A stretch of 64,000 nucleotides of DNA from Polyangiaceae bacterium (GTDB lineage Bacteria; Myxococcota_A; Polyangia; Polyangiales; Polyangiaceae). Made by a program: the position numbers and the translations under genes. Positions 45,520 to 56,400 of the stretch are shown piece by piece. Numbering within the stretch: the stretch's first letter is position 1; the number at the start of each line of letters is the position of its first letter. The stretch is taken from positions 1-64,000 of the forward strand of contig CBDCTZ010000008.1 of NCBI GenBank assembly GCA_965222375.1, in the 5' to 3' direction. The notes beneath the pieces are model-generated. The model saw nothing but the letters and a program-made list of their open reading frames with translations. It was not told the DNA's origin and did not search any database.

Positions 45520-48153
45520 ATGACGGAAAGCCCCGTATCGGCGTTTGGCGTGAGCGACCTGCGCGCGCCCGTCCTTGGACGAGACTCCGAACTCGAATCT
45601 CTGAAGGCCGTGGCAACCAAGGCCATCGATGCCTCCGAAGCGCAGGTCGTGACTCTGATAGCGGCGGCTGGCGTCGGCAAGACGCGTCTGGTGCACGAAC
45701 TCCTGCTCGAGATCAGAGTCTCCGCGGGCCAGGCGCCTCGCATCTTTCGCGGAAGCGCGCGGTCCATTCAGCAATCCTATGGCCTGTTCGCTCGCCTGCT
45801 GCGCAGTCGCTTCGGGCTGGTGGAAGGAATGGACCCCGAGGCCGCGAAAGCGCAGTTGCGCTCTCAGGTGGCAGCCGTTCTCGACGACCGTAAGGTCGGC
45901 GACGTCTGTTACTTCCTAGGCCAACTGTTGGGTTTGGAGTTTCTCGAGAGCCCGCTCACCCGCGCCGTCGTTGGTGACGCCGTCGAAGCTCGGCTTTTTC
46001 GCCGCGCCATCGTGCGGAGCTTCTTCGAAGCTGACGCAGCACACGGGCCCATATGTCTGGTGTTCGAGGATCTACACCTTGCTGACGACGACTCCCTGGT
46101 GCTCCTGAAGTACTTGGTCGAACAACTCAGCGGGGCCTTGTTGCTCTTGTGTGTGACTCGCCCGGAGCTGCTTGCCCGAGCCAAAGATTGGACCGGCCTC
46201 GCTCAGGCGCGTCACACCCAGGTGGAACTCGCGCCCCTGAGTGAGAAGCACTCTACGGCAGTGGCGTCGTCGCTGCTGGCACCCTGCGAGGGGGGCGCGC
46301 CGCCCCAGCTGATCGAAGCTGCGGTGGGTATGGCCGGCGGCAATCCGCGCTTGCTGGAGCAGATGGTGCGCATCTTCCACGACACCGGCGTGCTGGACGA
46401 GCGAGACGCCTTGGCCAAGGAACCAGCCTGGAAAGTGGACTTGGATCGCCTTGCCAGTGCGCGCTTGCCTCTAAGTGTTGACGATGCCGTTCAGGCTCGT
46501 ATTGCGGCATTGAGTGCCGCCGAGCGTCGCGTGCTCGAACACGCGGCGGCGATGGGTAGCGTGTTTTGGCTGGGCGGATTGGTGGCGCTGGCCCGAGCCG
46601 AACGTACACCTCCGGAGGTATGGACTGGGGACGACGACACCGCCGAGCTACGCAACACCGTGGAGGCGCTGGTCTCCCGAGACTATCTACTGCCGCTGCC
46701 TGACTCGGCGTTTCCAGGCGAAACTGAGTACGTCTTCAAGCACAACCTGGAACGCGAAAAGGTCGCACAACTGACCAGCTCCGCTGCGCTGCGTGGCTAC
46801 CACCAGGTGATCGCGGATTTCTTGGACGGCAAGGAGGGCGTGCGGAGCCAGGAAGAGTACTGCGCGATGTTGGCCAGCCACCTGTCCGACGCTGGTGCAC
46901 CGGAGCGCGCTGGGCTCACGTTCCTGAACGCAGGAGATCTGGCCCGAGGTAACTACGCGGCCAAGAAGGCCGCCGAGTACTACCGGCGCGGCCTGGACCT
47001 GGTGGGAAACTCGGATGCTCAACGCCGCATCGAAGCGCTACATGACTACGGCGATGTGCTGAACCTGCTCGGGCGGACCGATGAAGCGTTGGCGGCGTTT
47101 CGGGACATGTTGGCGCTGGCGTTCCGCCTCGGCGCGCTCTCGAAGGGCGGGGCGGCCCACAATCGGATTGGCCGCCTTTACCGCGACACCGGCTCCCTCG
47201 GCCACGCCGCAACGCATCTGGAGGCAGCGACTTCGCTGTTCGAAGCCGCCGATGACGCTCGTGGCGTGAGTGCCTGCCACGACGACGTCGGCAAGCTTTT
47301 GTGGTTGCGCGGCGACTACGATGCGGCTCTGGAAAAGATGAAAAGTGCCCTGGAAATGCGCAAGACCTTGGGCGACCGCCGCTCAATCGCGCTCAGCCTG
47401 AACAACATTGGATTGGTCTGGCTCGATCACGGGCGCACTCGGCAGGCCGCGGAAGCCTTCGATGCGGCCCTCAAGCTCCGGCGGGACATCAAGGATCCTC
47501 TGGGGCTCGTGCAGACCTTGAACAATCTGGGACGCCTGGCCCAGGAGCGCAACGACCATGATGACGCGCTCAAATATTTCAAAGAGGCCCACGATCTGGC
47601 TCGCGAGATCGGCGAGCACAACCGCATTGCCGTCGTGCTGACCAACATTGGTGAGACCCATTATCGGAAGGGCAATCCCAAGGAAGCCATCGCGGTCCTC
47701 TCGCAAGCCGAATCCCTCTGCGACGAGATGGGAGACCGCCTCCACCTTGCCGAAGCCAAGCGTGCTCTGGCCAAGGCGTTCTTGCTGCAGGGCGAATTGC
47801 GCAAAGCTCGGGAGAGCATTCGTAGCGCAGTGGATCTATTTGGCCAGATACGCAGCAAGTCGCACCTCGCCGCCGCGCTGCGCACTCTGGGAGAGATCAC
47901 CGGGGCGGGCGCTTGGGGCGTCGGCCACGAAAACAAGGCAGTGGACTACTTCATGCGCTCGGTGGCTTTGTTCAAAGAAATTGAAAACGAACTCGAGACT
48001 GCCAAGAGCTACCGGGCCTTCGCAAGCTACGTTCAGGGTTCCGACCACTACAAGGGCAACACGGACATTCAGCGAGAAGCCACGAAGCTGAGTGAGATGG
48101 CCCAAGAGATCTTCGATCGCCACAAGAACGCGCTAGCTGACGAAAAAACCTGA
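45520..48153 (+). CDS. STAND-like AAA ATPase with C-terminal TPR array
   Basis: LGRDSEL, AAAGVGKTR, LVFEDLH, AGGNP, FKH; multiple TPRs (SLNNIG, TLNNLG, VLTNIG); start ATG 45520. Confidence 0.88.
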   Translation: MTESPVSAFGVSDLRAPVLGRDSELESLKAVATKAIDASEAQVVTLIAAAGVGKTRLVHELLLEIRVSAGQAPRIFRGSARSIQQSYGLFARLLRSRFGLVEGMDPEAAKAQLRSQVAAVLDDRKVGDVCYFLGQLLGLEFLESPLTRAVVGDAVEARLFRRAIVRSFFEADAAHGPICLVFEDLHLADDDSLVLLKYLVEQLSGALLLLCVTRPELLARAKDWTGLAQARHTQVELAPLSEKHSTAVASSLLAPCEGGAPPQLIEAAVGMAGGNPRLLEQMVRIFHDTGVLDERDALAKEPAWKVDLDRLASARLPLSVDDAVQARIAALSAAERRVLEHAAAMGSVFWLGGLVALARAERTPPEVWTGDDDTAELRNTVEALVSRDYLLPLPDSAFPGETEYVFKHNLEREKVAQLTSSAALRGYHQVIADFLDGKEGVRSQEEYCAMLASHLSDAGAPERAGLTFLNAGDLARGNYAAKKAAEYYRRGLDLVGNSDAQRRIEALHDYGDVLNLLGRTDEALAAFRDMLALAFRLGALSKGGAAHNRIGRLYRDTGSLGHAATHLEAATSLFEAADDARGVSACHDDVGKLLWLRGDYDAALEKMKSALEMRKTLGDRRSIALSLNNIGLVWLDHGRTRQAAEAFDAALKLRRDIKDPLGLVQTLNNLGRLAQERNDHDDALKYFKEAHDLAREIGEHNRIAVVLTNIGETHYRKGNPKEAIAVLSQAESLCDEMGDRLHLAEAKRALAKAFLLQGELRKARESIRSAVDLFGQIRSKSHLAAALRTLGEITGAGAWGVGHENKAVDYFMRSVALFKEIENELETAKSYRAFASYVQGSDHYKGNTDIQREATKLSEMAQEIFDRHKNALADEKT

Positions 48154-48167
48154 CGAACACGCAAATC

Positions 48168-49331
48168 ATGTCGCCCCCCCTACACAGCCGACTGCGCCAA
48201 GTTGCCGAAACCCTGGACAGCCAATTCCTCGGCAAGAGCGAGGTCATTCGGCTGCTCTTGATCGCCATCGTCGCGCGGGAGCATGCGGTGCTGATTGGTC
48301 CACCCGGGACCGCGAAGAGCGCGCTGCTCCGGACCTTGGCCCACCTTCTGGACGCACGCTATTTCGAGTACCTGCTCACGCGCTTCACGGAGCCCAACGA
48401 GATATTCGGCCCCGTGGACATTCAGGCGTTTCGCGATGGGCGCTATCAGCGGCGCACCTCCGGCATGCTGCCCGAGTCGGAAATCGTGTTCTTGGACGAG
48501 GTGTTCAAGTCCAACAGTGCGATCTTGAACGCGCTGCTCACGCTATTGAACGAGCGACTGTACTCCAGCGGGGGTCAGGTCGTGCAGTGTCCGATGATCA
48601 GCGCCTTTGGCGCCAGCAACGAAGTGCCCACGGATGAGAGTTTGGGAGCGCTTTTCGACCGCTTCCTGCTGCGGATCCGCAGTGACAATCTGGACGCCTA
48701 CCACTTCAACGAACTGTTGGATCTGGGCGTGCGCCACGAGGTCAAGAAACTCAAACGGCAGAAAGCCACGCCCCTGGTCAGCGCAGCGGATCTCCACGCC
48801 ATGACCGACGATCTGGCGAAGCGGCTTTCCTTCAACGAGGCATTCCTGTCGTCCTACAAGGGGTTGATCTTCCAAATCCGCGCCGAGGGCATCAGCGTCA
48901 GCGATCGGCGCATCGTCAAGATGCTCAAGCTGTTCGCTGCGAGCGCCTACTTGGATGGGCGGGAACAAGCCGACAACAGCGATCTCTTCGTGCTCAAGCA
49001 CATTTGGAACGCCGAAGACCAAGCTCCCATTCTGGAGCAGATCGTGCAGCCGGTGCTGGAGGCCTTCTATCGCGAGCATCCGGATCGCCGCCGCGTGGGT
49101 GCCCTGGGAATCGGTCTGGAAGCTTTGGCAGCAGAGGTGGACCGTATCCGGCACGTGTTGACCGGTGCTGCGCCCCCGAGCGATCTCCAACTGTTCAGTC
49201 AGCTGAAGGCCCTCGGCGAGATCAAAACGGCCCTAGCCCAGATCCCGGAAGACGGGGCTCGAAAGCTCGAGCAACGCGTGGTCCAGCTTTTGGACGCCAC
49301 TCTGAAGAGCGGTCGATTCGCGGAGCTGTGA
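48168..49331 (+). CDS. MoxR/RavA-type AAA+ ATPase
   Basis: [44 protein letters not shown]. Confidence 0.9.
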   Translation: MSPPLHSRLRQVAETLDSQFLGKSEVIRLLLIAIVAREHAVLIGPPGTAKSALLRTLAHLLDARYFEYLLTRFTEPNEIFGPVDIQAFRDGRYQRRTSGMLPESEIVFLDEVFKSNSAILNALLTLLNERLYSSGGQVVQCPMISAFGASNEVPTDESLGALFDRFLLRIRSDNLDAYHFNELLDLGVRHEVKKLKRQKATPLVSAADLHAMTDDLAKRLSFNEAFLSSYKGLIFQIRAEGISVSDRRIVKMLKLFAASAYLDGREQADNSDLFVLKHIWNAEDQAPILEQIVQPVLEAFYREHPDRRRVGALGIGLEALAAEVDRIRHVLTGAAPPSDLQLFSQLKALGEIKTALAQIPEDGARKLEQRVVQLLDATLKSGRFAEL

Positions 49332-49777
49332 CGGTGACGCCACGGGTGTTGGTCAAGCGCGTCGGAGCCGTGGAAGTTCCGCTCCCGAACTACCAATCCG
49401 AGCTGGCGGCGGGGCTCGACCTATGCGCGGCGCTGGACGCCGCGGTCGAGCTAGAGCCTGGCCAGCGCAAGATGGTGCCCACGGGCCTCGCGCTGAGCAT
49501 TCCTCCGGGCTTCGAGGGTCAGGTTCGACCGCGTTCGGGCCTAGCGCTGCGCGCGGGGCTGTCCATCGTCAACAGCCCGGGCACTATCGACGCGGATTAC
49601 CGTGGCGAGATCGGGATCGTGCTGATCAATCACGGCCAAGAGCCGTTCCGGATCGAGCCGCTGGCGCGGATTGCCCAATTGGTCATCGCCCCGGTGGCGC
49701 GAGCAGAGCTCGAGCTGGTGACCGAGCTGCCCGGCACACAGCGGGGCGGGGGCGGCTACGGATCTACGGGCGCGTAG
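49328..49777 (+). CDS. dut: dUTP diphosphatase
   Basis: [44 protein letters not shown] overlap. Confidence 0.96.
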   Translation: MTVTPRVLVKRVGAVEVPLPNYQSELAAGLDLCAALDAAVELEPGQRKMVPTGLALSIPPGFEGQVRPRSGLALRAGLSIVNSPGTIDADYRGEIGIVLINHGQEPFRIEPLARIAQLVIAPVARAELELVTELPGTQRGGGGYGSTGA

Positions 49778-49787
49778 TCGCGCGCGT

Positions 49788-50576
49788 TCAGCTGGGCTGG
49801 CTGAGGTCGCCCAAGAACGCGACTAGATCGTCGAACACGAGCCGAGCATCGTAGTCCCGGGTGACGATGTGACCCGAGCGCTGACAGCAGCGGGTGCGCA
49901 CCCGCGTGCTGCCGAGTCGCGCCGCCACCCGGCGCAGGTTGCGCACCGGGCACACACGGTCTTTCTGCCCATGAGCGAGATAGGCTGGGCAGACGATGGC
50001 GCCCAAGCGGTCCCGCAGGCGCCTGCCGTGGGCCCAGACCTCCGAGGCCGAGCGGGCAGGCTGAGCGCTGAGCGTGAGATGATTCTGTCGAGCCTCGGGC
50101 TCCTGAATGTCCGCGCTGTGTTTCGGCAGGTGCACATCAGGCAGTGCAAACCGGTGATACGCGGCGAGGGGCCAGGCGGGGAAGGGCCCCCGGAGCCAAA
50201 ATGCGTTGGCCAGTAGGCCGAGGCCGACGACCCTGGACGGTTGCTGCAGGCAGAGCTCCGCGGCAAGCAGACTGCCCATGGACAGGCCCACCACGACGAC
50301 CTTGCCGTATTCGGCGGATAGCTCCTGAAACGCGTCTCGCGCGGATCCGAGCCAATCGTCGAAGCGTGTGGTGGCGAGGTCAGCTGCGGTCCATCCGTGA
50401 CCTCGAAGCAAGGGTGAGTGGGCTGCCAAGCCCAAGGACTGCGCAGCCTTCACGACCAGGTCGACTTCGACGGGTGTGCCGCCATAGCCATGCAACGCAA
50501 GAACCGCTGGCGATTTCCCGCCATGCTGTCGCGACTCGGGGCTGCCTTGCCCGATCAGACCACCCGAGGCGGGCAC
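49788..50576 (-). CDS. Alpha/beta hydrolase (carboxylesterase/monoacylglycerol lipase-like)
   Basis: LHGYGG, GLSMG nucleophile, D and SGH triad residues. Confidence 0.88.
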   Translation of the reverse strand: MPASGGLIGQGSPESRQHGGKSPAVLALHGYGGTPVEVDLVVKAAQSLGLAAHSPLLRGHGWTAADLATTRFDDWLGSARDAFQELSAEYGKVVVVGLSMGSLLAAELCLQQPSRVVGLGLLANAFWLRGPFPAWPLAAYHRFALPDVHLPKHSADIQEPEARQNHLTLSAQPARSASEVWAHGRRLRDRLGAIVCPAYLAHGQKDRVCPVRNLRRVAARLGSTRVRTRCCQRSGHIVTRDYDARLVFDDLVAFLGDLSQPS

Positions 50577-52022
50577 TCAGCTCTCTCCGCGCGCTATCCC
50601 GTAGGCGCGGATCTTCTTGTGCAGATTCGTGCGTTCGACGCCTAGAGCAACCGCGGTTTTCGAGATGTTCCAATCGTGGCCGTTGAGGGTCGCCACGATA
50701 TACGCCCGTTCCGCTGCATCGCGGTATTCGCGCAAGGTCATGCGCTGTCCGGCTTCGTTCACGGCTGGCGGCGGGGTCGAGAGGGATCGGCCGGGCCCCA
50801 CCGCGGCGTCGTCGTCATCGAAGGGGCTATCGTGAGGATCTTCGGGCAGATCGGCGATCGTGATCACGTCGCTGGAAAGAATCGCAGCGCGCTCGACGAC
50901 GTTCTTCAGCTCGCGGACGTTGCCGGGCCACTTGCGCTGCCGCAGCGCGCTCATCATGCTCGGGTCGATTTTCTTCTGCCGCAGCCCGTTCTCTTTGCAG
51001 AAGCTCTGTACGAAGGCCTCCGCCAGCAGCGGAATGTCGTCCGAGCGATCCCTGAGCGCCGGAACGCGGATTGGGAAGACGTCCAGGCGGAAGAAGAGAT
51101 CTTCCCGGAAGCCCCCGGCTTGAACTTCTTTGGCCAGATCCTTGTTCGTGGCGGCCAGGACGCGAACGTCGACCTGAATGACGTTCTCCGAGCCGACCCG
51201 CACGACCTCGCCGTTTTGCAGCGCTCTCAGCACCTTGGCTTGGGCAGCCAGGTCCATGTCGCCGATCTCGTCCAGGAACAACGTGCCACCGTGGGCTTGT
51301 TCGAAGAAGCCGCGCTTGCGAGCCTGGGCGCCAGTGAAGGAACCCTTCTCGTGACCAAAGAGCTCGCTCTCGATCAGCTCACGAGGGATGGCCGCACAGT
51401 TGACCTTGATGAAGGGCGCGTCCTGGCGGGGGCTGAGGCGATGGATGGCGCGGCTGACCAACTCTTTGCCAGTGCCGCTCTCACCAGTGATGAGCACGCT
51501 GGCTTTGGTTGGCGCAACCTTGTCGATGTCTTGGTAGAGCCTCTGCATCAAGGCGCTCGTGCCGATCATCTCGTAGCGCACCTCGAGCTCTTCGCGCATC
51601 TGTTCGACGGTGCGACTGAGGCGAGCAGTGCGAATGCAATTCTGAACGCTGACCAGGACGCGCTCTCGATTCAGAGGCTTCTCGAAGAAGTCACTGGCAC
51701 CGAGTTTGATGGCGTTTACAGCGTCGTGAACCGTGGCGTGACCGCTGATCACGATCACCGGGATCTCGATTTCGTCGGCCCGAAGTTGCTCCAAGGCTTC
51801 CAGCCCGGTCATCTTGGGGAGCTTCAGGTCGAAGATCGCGAGGTCGACCGGCTCGCGGGGGTTCTGAAGCGTTTCCAGCGCCTGTTCCGCACTTTCGGCC
51901 TCCAGGACCCGATAGCCTTCGCCGGAAAGCACCATATCCAAGGTGCGGCGGATGTTCTTTTCGTCGTCCACCACCAGAATGGTGGGCATGACCGGGGCCA
52001 GGGCTTGGGGGTCTGACACCAT
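50577..52022 (-). CDS. Sigma54-dependent response regulator (NtrC/NtrX-like: REC-AAA-Fis HTH)
   Basis: VVDDE, FDLKLP, GESGTGKE, GSFTGA, WPGNVREL, HTH. Confidence 0.95.
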   Translation of the reverse strand: MVSDPQALAPVMPTILVVDDEKNIRRTLDMVLSGEGYRVLEAESAEQALETLQNPREPVDLAIFDLKLPKMTGLEALEQLRADEIEIPVIVISGHATVHDAVNAIKLGASDFFEKPLNRERVLVSVQNCIRTARLSRTVEQMREELEVRYEMIGTSALMQRLYQDIDKVAPTKASVLITGESGTGKELVSRAIHRLSPRQDAPFIKVNCAAIPRELIESELFGHEKGSFTGAQARKRGFFEQAHGGTLFLDEIGDMDLAAQAKVLRALQNGEVVRVGSENVIQVDVRVLAATNKDLAKEVQAGGFREDLFFRLDVFPIRVPALRDRSDDIPLLAEAFVQSFCKENGLRQKKIDPSMMSALRQRKWPGNVRELKNVVERAAILSSDVITIADLPEDPHDSPFDDDDAAVGPGRSLSTPPPAVNEAGQRMTLREYRDAAERAYIVATLNGHDWNISKTAVALGVERTNLHKKIRAYGIARGES

Positions 52023-52025
52023 CGC

Positions 52026-52850
52026 TCAGTTTGCCGCCTTCCCAGGGCGAGGGGCTGGTGCCGGGCTGGCGCCCAACATCTTCAAGAACCCCCGTGCTGG
52101 GCGGCCGAAAGGACTGGCCGGGTAGGTGGCGAGAAGCTGTTGCAGCACGGCGCGTGCTTTCTTGCGCTTCTTCATCTTCATGTAGGTCTCAGCCAACAGC
52201 AGCATGGCTTCGGCTTCCAGGCCTGAGCCCTCGTAGGTCCGCAGCGCGTATTGGCAACGAGCCACCGCGGCCTTGAAGTTGTCCCGAGCGAGGTAGAAGC
52301 GCGCCACGTAAATCTCATGGCGAGCCAGCAGTCCCGCGACAGACTCCAGCATGAACTCTAATTCCCGCGTGTGCTTGTAAGACGGATAGTCCTGCAAGAT
52401 GGCGCGTACGGTGGAGTAGGCCTCGTGAACGCTGGCCAGATCTCGTTCTTCCAGGGGTGGCAGAAGGATGGACTGACCTGACTGCTCGAAAAGCGCTTTC
52501 GCGATCTTGTAGCGTGCGTAAGGGACCTCCGGATCGTTGGGGAAATCGTGGACGAATGCCTTGTAGGAGCCGATCGCCTCAGCCCATTTTTCCTGGTGGT
52601 ACTGGGCGTCCGCAATGCGCAAATCTGCCAGCCGGGCGTAGCGGCTGTAGCCATATTCGCGCTTCACTTCCTGCATCAAGGTAATGGCTAGTTCCCAGTC
52701 CCTGTCGAAGTACGCGTCCAGCGCCTCCTCGTAGTCCCGCTTGGCGTTTTCCGTGTATTGCAGCGGGCTGTCCGCGGGTGGCGGCTTGGCGCAGGCAGGC
52801 GCGAGCACACCCAGGCAAATGGCGGCCGTCAGGGCATGGGCAATCCGCAT
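52026..52850 (-). CDS. bamD: Outer membrane protein assembly factor BamD
   Basis: Lipobox PAC, TPRs, [28 protein letters not shown]. Confidence 0.88.
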   Translation of the reverse strand: MRIAHALTAAICLGVLAPACAKPPPADSPLQYTENAKRDYEEALDAYFDRDWELAITLMQEVKREYGYSRYARLADLRIADAQYHQEKWAEAIGSYKAFVHDFPNDPEVPYARYKIAKALFEQSGQSILLPPLEERDLASVHEAYSTVRAILQDYPSYKHTRELEFMLESVAGLLARHEIYVARFYLARDNFKAAVARCQYALRTYEGSGLEAEAMLLLAETYMKMKKRKKARAVLQQLLATYPASPFGRPARGFLKMLGASPAPAPRPGKAAN

Positions 52851-52921
52851 CGCGGTGGTGGTAGCGGCTCGATTTGCCGGCCGCAAGGCGAAAAAATGGG
52901 CTGTTCCGGGCTCTGGAAACC

Positions 52922-52949
52922 TTGATCACCGCCCTGCATGGGTTACTTT
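52922..52949 (+). promoter_or_regulatory. Probable sigma70 promoter of greA
   Basis: TTGATC-16 nt-TACTTT, 10 nt before the greA ATG. Confidence 0.5.
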
Positions 52950-52959
52950 CGGGCGCCCA

Positions 52960-53433
52960 ATGCCCGAAACGGTTCCCATGACTCCTCGGGGCGCCCAAAA
53001 GCTCAAAGAAGAGCTGGCGCGACTGAAGGAAGAGCGCCCCAAGATTTCCCGTGAAATCGGTGTGGCCCGCGAACACGGAGATCTAAAGGAAAATGCGGAA
53101 TATCACGCGGCCAAAGAGAAGCAGGGTATGGCGGAGGCTCGGATTTCCGACATCGAGGACAAACTGTCGCGAGCGGAGGTGATCGACCCTGCGACCCTGA
53201 GCGGCTCTCGGGTTCGTTTTGGAGCGACGGTGACCCTCACGAACCTGGATACCGACGAGGAAGTGACCTACCGAATCGTAGGCGCCGACGAAGCGAATCT
53301 GGACGAGGGCACGATCTCGATTTCCGCACCGCTGGCCCGCGCGATGATCGGCCGAGAGGTCGGGGACGAGGTGAGCATCAAGCTGCCCGCGGGCCCCCGC
53401 AACTACGAGGTCGTCAGCGTCGACTACCGCTGA
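52960..53433 (+). CDS. greA: Transcription elongation factor GreA
   Basis: [31 protein letters not shown]. Confidence 0.96.
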   Translation: MPETVPMTPRGAQKLKEELARLKEERPKISREIGVAREHGDLKENAEYHAAKEKQGMAEARISDIEDKLSRAEVIDPATLSGSRVRFGATVTLTNLDTDEEVTYRIVGADEANLDEGTISISAPLARAMIGREVGDEVSIKLPAGPRNYEVVSVDYR

Positions 53434-53445
53434 CCGCTGTCAAGG

Positions 53446-56400
53446 ATGGCCAGCCCTTCGACCCGCGCGTCGATGGCCGAAAAGGCGGTGGTGTCGCAAG
53501 CGCTGAACTCGGGCGGCGACAGTGGCAGCCTCAGCGCTTGGCTCCTAGGTGCTCTTGGTGTGGTGGCGCTCGCAGCCATCGAACTCGTGGTCGTGCTGCT
53601 CGCCCGCCGAAGTGTAGTGGCGAGTGTGTGGGAGGCACAGAACGGCGCACTGTTTCTGCTCCCTGCCTGGTTGGGGCTCGCTGTGGTCTTTGGCGGTGTC
53701 GCCGCAGCGCTGGTGCACGCCAGTCGCCGCTCAAGCGGGCGCGCTGAGCGCGCCTTGATGGCCGCCTGCGCCGCCGCCTCCGCGGGCGCTGCGGCGTGGG
53801 GCGTGGGCGGTGGACGGCACTTGTCGACGTTGCCGGCGCGCGGTGGATTCACTCTCGCGCTGGCGGCTGTCGGGGGCGCGGCGCTGTGGTTCGGGCTGCC
53901 CATGCTTGGGCGCTTCTCGCGGCGTTTCCAGGGTCGCACCGCCCTGGCCATGGTCGCCGTGTGTGTGTGCGTGTCCCTCGCCAACGCTTGGGTGCTGCCG
54001 CGGCTGTACCTCGCATTCCACCTCGGCCTTTGTGGCATCGCGGCGTTGGCCGCCGCCCTAGCGGCTATCTGGGGTTCCGGCGCATTGGCTTTGCCCCGCG
54101 GTCGCGGCCCGGTGGCGCTGGCTGTGCTGGTGATCATGGCGCTGGTGGCCAGCTTCGCAATGCGGCCCGCCGCGCTTCGCCTGGCAAGTTTCGACAACTT
54201 CCGCCTGCTACTGGTCGAGCATGCGCCCGCGTCAGGACAAGTCGTGCGCGGCCTGGCGCTGTTGGCACCGCCCCCGCCGCTTGAAGACGACTGTGCGGCT
54301 GGGGACTGCGGGCCAAACCTGCCGCCTGGAGCGAAGTCACCGTTGCGTTGGCAGGGTCGCGATGTCCTGCTCGTGACCATCGACGCCCTGCGTGCCGACC
54401 ACGTCGGCAGCTACGGCTACGCCCGCAAGACCACGCAGCACATCGACGCCCTGTCCAAACAAGGCGCCGTGTTCGAGTACGCCTACGCGGCGACGCCCCA
54501 CACGTCCTATTCCGTGAGCAGCTTGATGACGGGCAAGTACATGCGGCCGCTCTTGCTTCAAGGCATGGGAGAGGATTCGGACACCCTCGCGGGCCTGCTC
54601 CGGGCCTACGGCTACCGCACCGGCGGCTTCTATCCGCCCGCGGTATTCTTCATCGATCGCAAGCGTTTCGCGAGCTTCGAAAAGGCTGGTTTCGGCTTCG
54701 AATACCGCAAAGTCGAGTTCCTGGAGGGGCAGGGGAGAATCGACCAAGTTCGGAGCTATTTGTCCGGTTTGAAGCAGGATCAGCGTTGCTTCGTCTGGGT
54801 ACATCTGTTCGGGCCCCACGAACCCTACGTCGCCGACCCCAAATTCGATTTTGGCACTCGCGATGTCGACCGCTACGACTCGGAAATCGCCGCGGCGGAT
54901 GCCACCCTCGGCCGGATCGTTAAGGCGTTTCGCGCCCGCAGTCCCAAAGGTGTCGTGATCGTGACCGCCGATCATGGAGAGGAATTCGGAGATCATGGCG
55001 GGCGCTACCACGGTACGACGGCCTACGAGGAGCAGGTTCGAGTCCCCTTGGTCGTCTCCGCACCGGGCAGCGTCGAGCCCCGTCGGGTCAGCGAGCTAGT
55101 TCAGACCATCGACATTCTCCCCACGGTACTGGGCGCCCTGGGGATCCCAATCCCCCCGCGGGTTCGAGGGCGAGACTTGGGCAGCCTCCTGGCCGGCCGC
55201 CCCGGTGACCCGGAAGGCCTCGCGATGGCCGAGAGCGAAGCGCAGATCATGCTGGGCCGCGGCCCGCACCGGCTGATCTGCGAACGCAAGATCGGTGCGT
55301 GTCGTATGTTCGATGTGGTGAAAGATCCTGGCCAGACCCGCGACATCACCACCAGCGAGGCCGAGATCGCCAGAACTCTGCGAGCCCAGATGCACGAACT
55401 GGCATCGTCCCACGGTCGTTTCGAGGTCCAGGGCTTGCGCGCAGATGGGCGGGGCTGGCCCGCAGCGATCGTCCGGGCTGCTGCAGGGGATCCCGATGCT
55501 GCTGAGGAACTGGCGTCGCTTCTGGACGATGCGGACGTTAGCGTCCGCCGCCGCGCGGCCGAGCTGTTGTTCCAAATGCGGCGCAAGGAGACTGCACCCG
55601 CGCTGCGCCTTGCCCTCGGGCGAGACGAAGACGAAACCGTTCGCCGCTGGACCGCGCTTTCGTTGACCCGTCTGGGGCAGGGGGCACCTTTGGTCGTCGA
55701 ACTGCTGCGAGGCGACGACCTTCGCTGGAAGCGATTTGCCGCCCTGGCTCTCGCCGAGTCTGGAGATCGCCGGGGAGGGCCGATTCTGGTGGAGTGGTGG
55801 AAAGACAAGACCGACCGGGACTTCACGCGCTCCGTCGAACTGCTCGAAGCCTTCGTAGAGATCAAAGAGAAGGACGCGGTGTGGCCTCTGACCCAGAGCC
55901 TCGGGGACGTTCGCTTGCGTCCCCACATTGCCGATACCCTGGCCGCGCTGGGTGAAGAAGGTGCGCGGGTGTCACTCGCTCGGGCGTTTCGCCAAGAACG
56001 CTATCAGGGCGCCCGGGTCGCCTTGGCCCGGGCTGTGGTGAAGCTCGATGGTGGCCCAGAAATCGCTCCCGCTATGGTGCGCTTCCTCGGGGTGCCGGAT
56101 CCTATCCCAGGCGGGTTGGGGCTCGCCGCGGACGCAGGGATCTTGATGTCGGTCGGGGGCCCCGCGGGCCGGGAACTGAAGAGATTGCGGCGGAACGCGT
56201 CCTTGGGCGCCGAGGTCACTCTGGTGGTGCCCAAAGGTGGCAACGGCACCGGGGTGCGCTTGCTGGTGCGCGCCCGCGCCCGCGGCCAGCCGGGGGCGGT
56301 CGTGGTTGCGCCGCCCCTGGCCAACGTCAGGTACAACCGCAAAGGTGAGCCCATAAAGGTGCGAGATCTCCCGCGTTTGAAGCTGAAGAGCGCGACCCGG

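Noticed and set aside
45325..45774. Long N-terminal extension of accD overlapping the STAND gene
   Set aside because: Open-frame artefact of high GC; no AccD similarity and it conflicts with the divergent gene
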